Virus record (IMG/VR): IMGVR_UViG_3300020048_000077
Span: 1-64,000 of that record
Strand: one strand, 5' to 3'
Length of the DNA: 64,000 bases
Origin: a virus
Taxonomy: Duplodnaviria; Caudoviricetes
Shown: positions 57,610 through 64,000 of the stretch, in pieces
Numbering within the stretch: the stretch's first letter is position 1
Layout: the number at the start of each line of letters is the position of its first letter
Position numbers and translations under genes: made by a program
The notes under the pieces: model-generated
The model's database searches: none
Told to the model about the DNA's origin: nothing
What the model saw: the letters and a program-made list of their open reading frames with translations, nothing else

Positions 57610-58014
57610 ATGGAAGCAATTGACGTAATGAAGCAGGCATACGCTTCAAACTATACAGGAAGTATCACAGCTCTCATAGAAGAGAATGAGGCCAAGAAGC
57701 AGGCAGAGATGCTTGTAGCTGCAACTCCCGAGCAACAGAGTGAAGGTCTGAGGAATCAACCTACAGGTACATCCATGGCATTTCCAAATGTGAATGGAAA
57801 GAGTTTCAATACCAATGGCATGAAGGAACCCATAGACATCCAAGGATATGATAACAATGGCGGTCTTGTACAGTCTTATAAGGCTGTGCCTCCGGGTATC
57901 AATGATATCCCGATGGGTCCAAAGGTCGCCACGGTCATTGAGAATCCTACGCAGTATGCGACTGGTGGGTACGAAAGATCCTTCGCAGAAAAAGTAGCAT
58001 CCAGAAGAAAATAA
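57610..58014 (+). CDS. Hypothetical protein (possible virion protein)
   Basis: Start MEAIDV; C-terminal QYATGG motif. Confidence 0.7.
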   Translation: MEAIDVMKQAYASNYTGSITALIEENEAKKQAEMLVAATPEQQSEGLRNQPTGTSMAFPNVNGKSFNTNGMKEPIDIQGYDNNGGLVQSYKAVPPGINDIPMGPKVATVIENPTQYATGGYERSFAEKVASRRK

Positions 58015-58098
58015 CTTAAAATGCTATATTCTAATGTAACATCCAAAAAATATCCGCAAGAGGATAAACTCACAATTCAAACATAAATTTGTAAACCA

Positions 58099-59163
58099 AT
58101 GAGCAAGCCAGAAGACATAGACAGCATCGACATCGATTTCGAGGTAGCCATCTCGGAAGAGAAGACTGCAGCTGCACCTGCACCAGTAGAGAAGACCCCG
58201 GTTCTTCCTGTTGATGATATCATTGAGACCGTAGAGAAACCGAAACCATTGGAAGTAAAGCCTCTTGAGGTCATCGCTCCAGTGGAAACATCGATAGAAG
58301 AGACTCCTTCAGTAGTATCAGAAGTGCTTGAAGCACTCGGATATGTGGAGGACTTCAAAGATGAGGAGTTCGAGGATTCCACAGCAGGAATCGTAAAGCT
58401 TACCAAAGCAGCCGGAGACAGGATCGCAACTGAGACCCTTGATAGGATCTTTGAATCCCATCCTACAGTAAAGGCACACCTTGACTATGTGATGAACGGA
58501 GGAGATCCGAACAAGTTCATGTCAACCTATACTCCTGAGAAGGATTATGCACAGATCAAGATCGAAGGAGACACAGCTGAGAGCAAGGCACTTGCGAAGA
58601 GCGTCCTTACAGATTACTTCAAGGCAAAGGGAAATGACCCCGACTTCATCAACGATATGATCGAGGCCTATGAGGACAAGGGAGAGATCGTAGCAAAGGG
58701 TAACGCAGCAGCTGTTGCTCTTGCGAAGGTACAGGCCTCTGAAAGAGAGAATCTTGTAGCTGAACAACGCAGAGAGGCTCAGGCAAGGCAAGTAGAGAAC
58801 GAAAAAGTATGGAAACAGGTGACTGAGATCGTCACCAAGGCTCCTGAGATCGGAGGTATTCCGATCGCTGAAAAGGAACGTGCCAAGTTCCATGATTACA
58901 TTTCAAAACCTGTGGATGCACACGGTCGCACACAACGTGACATCGATGTTGCAAGCGCCACACTTGAGCAGCAACTTGCCATTGACTTCCTAATGTACAA
59001 GAAATTGGACATGGGAACCATCATTGCCAAGAAGGCTCAAACAACAGCAGCCGTGAACCTGAGAGACAGGTTGAAGGCAGTAGAATCAAAAACAAAGGGT
59101 GCACGCGGTCTTACAGGGTCTACCAATGAGGTCCTGGATACAGTGGATCTGGATACCATTTAA
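58099..59163 (+). CDS. Scaffold-like acidic protein upstream of the capsid gene
   Basis: Acidic disordered N-terminus, helical core and conserved position. Confidence 0.7.
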   Translation: MSKPEDIDSIDIDFEVAISEEKTAAAPAPVEKTPVLPVDDIIETVEKPKPLEVKPLEVIAPVETSIEETPSVVSEVLEALGYVEDFKDEEFEDSTAGIVKLTKAAGDRIATETLDRIFESHPTVKAHLDYVMNGGDPNKFMSTYTPEKDYAQIKIEGDTAESKALAKSVLTDYFKAKGNDPDFINDMIEAYEDKGEIVAKGNAAAVALAKVQASERENLVAEQRREAQARQVENEKVWKQVTEIVTKAPEIGGIPIAEKERAKFHDYISKPVDAHGRTQRDIDVASATLEQQLAIDFLMYKKLDMGTIIAKKAQTTAAVNLRDRLKAVESKTKGARGLTGSTNEVLDTVDLDTI

Positions 59164-59209
59164 ACCTAAAGGGAGACGAACAAACCCTTATAAACAACAA
59201 TAACTCAAA

Positions 59210-60661
59210 ATGCTTACTGCACCTATAGGAGGACAAAACATCGGAGTCGTAAGGACGATCTTCAACGACACTCAGATGACGGACATTAACTCCCTGTCCA
59301 ATGCTTTGAATTCAAAGGCCGCTGAACTTACACCGGTGATCACTCACCTTGCAGGTAAGGATGAAATGAGGTTCCCTCTATCATTCCTATCAGAAGGCAT
59401 GAAGAACGTTGAAGGCATCGATCGCCTTGAATACGAATACCGTATCAGTACCCGCAAATTGATGACACGACCTGTCGCTGTCACCAACGCAGGTACGAGC
59501 CTTGGTCAGGGAGGTTCAACATTTGAACTTCAGTTCCCAGACAAATGGTTCATCAACCAATATGTCCTTGTGAACAGTGCAGGAGAGCAGGCACGTGTAA
59601 TGAAGGAGCCTGTATTGCAAACTGGAGGATCCGCTTGGATCTATACCTTGCAACTGGTGAATCCTGACAGTGCGGCCGTACTTAGTGCAGGCTTCAATGC
59701 AGGAGATCTTTGGGCACAGCTCTTCGCCCCTGTGGGAACTGACTTCTCACGTGGAAATGCCAGCAACTGGCAGGCTCCTGGAATGGTACGTAACAAACTT
59801 ACTACCATCAGAAAGTCATACCACATGTCAGGCAATGCCAAGGACTACGTTGCTGAGTTCACACTTCCTACAAAAGGAGGCGGAACCACAAAGTTGTGGA
59901 TGGATTACGAAGAGTACCAGCACATGCTTTCCTTCAAGGAGGAGTGTGAGATGTACTACTGGTACGGACAGAAGACCTACGGTTCCGATGGTATCGTGAA
60001 CATGAAGGACGAGAATGGCCAGCCTGTTGTCATCGGCCCTGGACTCCTTGAGCAGATCATCAATCAGGAGACCTACTCAGTGCTTACTGAGAACAGTTTG
60101 AAGAACATCATCGGTGACCTTTTCTACGGTATGACCGATGCGAGCAAGAAGAAAGTGACCCTCTACACAGGTACCGGTGGTATGCGTGAATTCGATGAGG
60201 CACTGAAGAACCACTTCGCTTCAAACGCATGGCAGGTATCAGGTGAGAACCGTTTCATCACAGGTTCTGGACGAAGCCTTGGTCTTACAGGATACTTCAA
60301 ATCCTACGACCACGTTGACGGACACTCAGTGACCGTTGTGAAGATGCCATTGTTCGATCATGGTCCAGTTGCAGAGGCCGCAGGTCTACATCCGGTGACA
60401 GGATACTCTCTTGAAAGTTACAGGATGGTATTCGTTGACCAGTCTACCTACGATGGTGTGAACAACGTAAGGATGATCACCAAGAAAGGACGTGAGCACC
60501 TGAGATGGTGTGTGGCAGGTTCTGTAGTCCCACGTGGATTCGATGCGAACACAAGCCGTGCATCAGATGTTGACGGTGCCTCAGTGCACATGTTGAAGAC
60601 AGGTGCTATATGCCTTGGTCGATTCGACACAAGCCTTGACCTCAAGTGCATCGCAGCTTAA
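59210..60661 (+). CDS. Major capsid protein (crAss-type)
   Basis: 483 aa, RNKLTTIRKSYHMSG segment, strong codon bias and a downstream terminator. Confidence 0.9.
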   Translation: MLTAPIGGQNIGVVRTIFNDTQMTDINSLSNALNSKAAELTPVITHLAGKDEMRFPLSFLSEGMKNVEGIDRLEYEYRISTRKLMTRPVAVTNAGTSLGQGGSTFELQFPDKWFINQYVLVNSAGEQARVMKEPVLQTGGSAWIYTLQLVNPDSAAVLSAGFNAGDLWAQLFAPVGTDFSRGNASNWQAPGMVRNKLTTIRKSYHMSGNAKDYVAEFTLPTKGGGTTKLWMDYEEYQHMLSFKEECEMYYWYGQKTYGSDGIVNMKDENGQPVVIGPGLLEQIINQETYSVLTENSLKNIIGDLFYGMTDASKKKVTLYTGTGGMREFDEALKNHFASNAWQVSGENRFITGSGRSLGLTGYFKSYDHVDGHSVTVVKMPLFDHGPVAEAAGLHPVTGYSLESYRMVFVDQSTYDGVNNVRMITKKGREHLRWCVAGSVVPRGFDANTSRASDVDGASVHMLKTGAICLGRFDTSLDLKCIAA

Positions 60662-60672
60662 AACAACCTTGA

Positions 60673-60705
60673 AGAAGGAGGGAGAGAGATCTTCCTCCTT
60701 CTTTT
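60673..60705 (+). terminator. Rho-independent terminator after the capsid gene
   Basis: AGAAGGAGGGAG-AGAGAT-CTTCCTCCTTCT followed by TTT. Confidence 0.8.
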
Positions 60706-60777
60706 AATATCTCTTCCGGAGATTTATTCTTTCAACCGGAAAACAAATCAATGAACACTTAAAAGAACCCAAATACA

Positions 60778-61653
60778 ATGGAAACAAAAGTAGCAGAGGA
60801 GACTGTAACAACTCCAAAGTCTCTCATCAGAGAGACGACCTTCGGAAGTAAGAAGGTATACCTTAGAGCAAAGCCTCTACAGAATCACCTCCCAAAAATA
60901 GTAAGGGCAGAATCCGTACAGAAACTCTCTTCGATCTTTGTAGATCGTCAACCCCTTCGAGGTCTGAATCCGGAAGAGGAGAAGAAGTATCTTGGAACTC
61001 TCCTTGATGTCGGTCCGGAGGACAAGGAATGGGGACGGCACACACGTAGATTCTGGGCAGAACTAAGAATCCCTGTAGGATTTGCAGGCATGGAACTTGA
61101 GATCGGAATGGATGAGAAAGGAGAGCCCATCAAGTTGATGGACTACATCAAGTACCGTTTCGCAAAGGCACACGCTCTTGTGGCAGATTCAGAGGAGGAG
61201 ATGATGAGAAGCGCACGTAAGTCCTTCTACATTATGAATCCAACAGCTGAGAGTGCACGTAAGAACGCCAACATTCAGGTTTCAAAACAGGCGGACAGGG
61301 CATTCATCAAAGCATGTGATGACCATCAACGTATGAAGAATCTTCTACGTGTGTTGAGCACCGTCAAGGTTGATTCTTTGACTCCTCAGACAGTAGAGAA
61401 TCTGTTGTATGACATCAAACAGGGGAATCCAGGAAAGTTCCTGAAGGCCGCTACCGATGAGAACCTTGATATGAAGGCGGAGATCGCATCATTCGTTGAG
61501 GCAGGAATACTGCAGAAGATCGGAAATGCCTACATTCACATTGACGAGACCCTCGGTGAGAATGAAGATGAGACCATCATCTATCTGAAGAATCCGAAAC
61601 GTTCAGGTCTTCTGAACATACTTAGGACAAAACTACTTGAGACCAAGGTCTAA
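60778..61653 (+). CDS. Conserved crAss-like structural/morphogenesis protein
   Basis: Position directly after the capsid gene; 291 aa. Confidence 0.65.
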   Translation: METKVAEETVTTPKSLIRETTFGSKKVYLRAKPLQNHLPKIVRAESVQKLSSIFVDRQPLRGLNPEEEKKYLGTLLDVGPEDKEWGRHTRRFWAELRIPVGFAGMELEIGMDEKGEPIKLMDYIKYRFAKAHALVADSEEEMMRSARKSFYIMNPTAESARKNANIQVSKQADRAFIKACDDHQRMKNLLRVLSTVKVDSLTPQTVENLLYDIKQGNPGKFLKAATDENLDMKAEIASFVEAGILQKIGNAYIHIDETLGENEDETIIYLKNPKRSGLLNILRTKLLETKV

Positions 61654-62805
61654 ATGAACGTACTGAACATGCACATAGCTCTGGATCAGGAGCTTGACAA
61701 AAGACACTCTCAGAAGGCGGATCAGATCCTACCTGAGGAGAAGGATCTTGCTCTGAACAGGGCTATGTGGCAGTTCATTTCTCAACGGTATGGGCAGAAC
61801 AACATCTATGGCAAAGGACTTGAGGAAAGTCAGAAACGAATAGACGACCTGAGAACACTCCTTACAGAACATGAGGACAATGTCTTCTTCAAAGAGGAAC
61901 TGCGACCGAACAGGATATGGGTGGACAGTTTCAGACTCCCATCCAATTACATGTTTCTTGTCAATCAACGTGGAAAGGTGTGGATCGACAGATGTCGTCC
62001 AATGTCCTTCAATCTTGTTGACCAACAGAGCAGTCTTTACTTCTTCACCTTCGCATTCAATGACCTCATGGTGAACGGCACGTCCTTCATCTCTGAACTC
62101 AGAATGCAGGACACCGCTTTCGGAACTGCTCCAACAGTTCAAGCGCCTGTATGGATTCCATCTCCCAATCTGGTGGCCTCAGGATACACACCGGCATCAT
62201 ACCCGCAGTACATAACAGAGGTCATAAACGATCTTCTTACAAATCCTCAGGCAGGATTTCAGATCTTCTACGAGAGCTACGGATCCCTGAACTTTCAGAA
62301 CCGGTTCATAGTCATTGTGGATGTGGATGCTCATCCATGGTTCACATGGGATGCCTCCAATGGAACTCCTACACCTCTGGTAGCAACAGATGCTGCGAAC
62401 AACCAGGTAAGCTTTGAACCTCCTCAGAATGTGACCGATGTAATGGTACAGGTAAGGACTCCGACAGGAACACCTACGAGCGATCAGGTCATAAACAGAT
62501 TTTCACAGCAGGATGACATTTTCAGACTTCTTGACGATCCTTTCAACACTACGAGACATGATGAGCCCCTTACAACGATCAGGCAGGAGTTCATCGATGT
62601 GTATACTAATGCTTTATTCATAGTGCAAAACCTAAAAATCACATACATACGCAAACCATTGCCCATATCTCTATCTTTGGGATATGATTGTGAGTTGCCG
62701 GAACACACTCATCAGGAGATAGTAGGCATGGCTGCCAGCTCAATGCTTGAAGAGATAGGTGATCCAAGGTATAAGACACATAAAGTTGAATCAATACGGG
62801 AATGA
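61654..62805 (+). CDS. Head-tail adaptor/ring protein
   Basis: E-x-D-x-x-LN-x-A N-terminus and YIRKP...CELPEHTHQEIV C-terminus. Confidence 0.7.
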   Translation: MNVLNMHIALDQELDKRHSQKADQILPEEKDLALNRAMWQFISQRYGQNNIYGKGLEESQKRIDDLRTLLTEHEDNVFFKEELRPNRIWVDSFRLPSNYMFLVNQRGKVWIDRCRPMSFNLVDQQSSLYFFTFAFNDLMVNGTSFISELRMQDTAFGTAPTVQAPVWIPSPNLVASGYTPASYPQYITEVINDLLTNPQAGFQIFYESYGSLNFQNRFIVIVDVDAHPWFTWDASNGTPTPLVATDAANNQVSFEPPQNVTDVMVQVRTPTGTPTSDQVINRFSQQDDIFRLLDDPFNTTRHDEPLTTIRQEFIDVYTNALFIVQNLKITYIRKPLPISLSLGYDCELPEHTHQEIVGMAASSMLEEIGDPRYKTHKVESIRE

Positions 62806-62853
62806 ATCCCACAAACAATAAGTTCAATCAATAACAAAAACCAAATCTAAGTC

Positions 62854-63810
62854 ATGAGACAGTTGATAGTAAGTGACGGAACAGCAGTATCTTATTCAGG
62901 TAACGTACTGGCTGCCGGTGCCGTGGACATTGTAAAACTCTCTGCGGACGGCCACACTCCGCTACTTCCTGGAGAGACCATCACTGATTCTGATTCCATC
63001 AGGATCATACAGGGAACCGCTGAAGGTGTGAACATCTTCACTCCGTGGATCCCGGGAGCAGACATCGTAAGCTGGAAGGGTACAAGCTACACTGCTCAGA
63101 CACGGAATTCATTCACGGCCACAGTAACAACTGTTCCTACGGCTGCAGGTGAAGTTACCATCAAGGTGACTGACCGTAGTTCAAGTGCACAGGTGTTCCC
63201 CCGTAAGAGCTTCACCCTACCTGTAACAGCAGGTTTGGCAGTTGCAACCATCGGAGCACGTCTTGTAGCAGGACTGACAGGTGAGACAGCTGCAACCATC
63301 CTTGCCAACCAAGGTACATTCTATCCGATCCTCGGATCTGTACAGGGAGAAGTTCAGAATACTGGTGCTGCCATTGGATTCAGAGGAAATCTGTTCTCCA
63401 TTGCATCTGAGACCGAACTTGGAAACCTGACACTCTCATCTGAAGGAATGGATGGAAGCAACGGAACAACTCTTCCTATCACTTCGATCATATACCCAAG
63501 TTTGGGAGCCGGTGATGGAAACATCATCATTGAGTACGAAAAGAGCCTGAAAGGAGACCGTTCATTCTACAACCGTATCTTCCTTCCGAACACGCCTCCT
63601 ACCTACGCTGTAGCGGCCTCTACCTACGATGTCTACACTCTTGCCTTCAAGAACTCTGTTCCTGGAAGTATCAATGGTGTTGACAATCTCCGTGAGATCT
63701 CGATCGCACGAGTATCAGGTGCCGCAGCTGCTGTCATTTCAGCATTCGAAGGCGCCATCAATCCTTATGCGGCTTCATGCCCAGGAGGTTTTGCACCAGT
63801 GAATCTGTAA
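62854..63810 (+). CDS. Structural protein (auxiliary capsid/fibre-like)
   Basis: Thr/Ala/Gly-rich beta protein in the late operon. Confidence 0.6.
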   Translation: MRQLIVSDGTAVSYSGNVLAAGAVDIVKLSADGHTPLLPGETITDSDSIRIIQGTAEGVNIFTPWIPGADIVSWKGTSYTAQTRNSFTATVTTVPTAAGEVTIKVTDRSSSAQVFPRKSFTLPVTAGLAVATIGARLVAGLTGETAATILANQGTFYPILGSVQGEVQNTGAAIGFRGNLFSIASETELGNLTLSSEGMDGSNGTTLPITSIIYPSLGAGDGNIIIEYEKSLKGDRSFYNRIFLPNTPPTYAVAASTYDVYTLAFKNSVPGSINGVDNLREISIARVSGAAAAVISAFEGAINPYAASCPGGFAPVNL

Positions 63811-63842
63811 TCTGATCATCCACTACAAAAAACTAAACTGAA

Positions 63843-64000
63843 ATGTCAAAGAATCAATCAGCAAACAAGAAGGTCATCAAAGCTACGTGGGATGCGTCAG
63901 CAGGTCTGGCTATTGGATCGCACTCTCCTAATTCAGGTGCGATCGTACTTCCAGAAGGGGCACTGGTAACAGATGTGTACTTCAGAGTACCTACAACTTT
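63843..64000 (+). CDS. Structural protein, 3'-truncated
   Basis: MSKNQSANKKVIKATWD...LPEGALVTDVYF, open to the window end. Confidence 0.6.
   Translation, partial: MSKNQSANKKVIKATWDASAGLAIGSHSPNSGAIVLPEGALVTDVYFRVPTT

Noticed and set aside
443-63308. Numerous antisense and shadow ORFs in the supplied track
   Set aside because: They overlap well-supported genes on the opposite strand or frame and have no recognisable motifs.
1-64000. Stop-codon reassignment, which is common in some crAss phages
   Set aside because: Core genes are full length under code 11, TAG and TGA both end genes, and no suppressor tRNA was found.
1-64000. CRISPR array, reverse transcriptase/DGR, integrase
   Set aside because: No repeat-spacer array, RT motif or recombinase motif was seen.

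Overview
64 kb from a crAss-like (Crassvirales-type) podophage of a Bacteroidota host. The assignment rests on a virion RNA polymerase with a DFDID active site, a crAss-type TerL/portal/scaffold/capsid block, and TAnnTTTG host promoters. Layout: (1) 1-10229 (+), end of the late operon with the 5'-truncated virion RNAP and a 1630-aa cargo protein; (2) 10226-45739 (-), replication and accessory genes: exonuclease, rIIB, rIIA split by a group I intron carrying a LAGLIDADG endonuclease, resolvase, primase, AAA ATPase, DnaB, SF2 helicase, PolA, ligase, and a PurA-like/vWA module; (3) an A-tract-rich strand switch at about 45780-46430; (4) 46434-64000 (+), receptor-binding protein, lysis cassette, GroES, HU-like protein, terminase, portal and capsid genes. 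The most striking signal is a set of non-coding RNAs on the minus strand between 33.1 and 39.7 kb. A ~385-nt RNA (35392-35775) joins a near-perfect copy of the 23S rRNA GTPase-associated centre (H43/H44) to a sarcin-ricin loop. A ~540-nt RNA (38400-38940) carries several universally conserved 16S rRNA motifs in scrambled order. Nearby are a circularly permuted Y-RNA-like tRNA mimic and several aberrant tRNAs. Together they suggest a phage-encoded suite of ribosome and tRNA mimics. All rRNA comparisons were made by eye against sequences recalled from memory, and no search was run.
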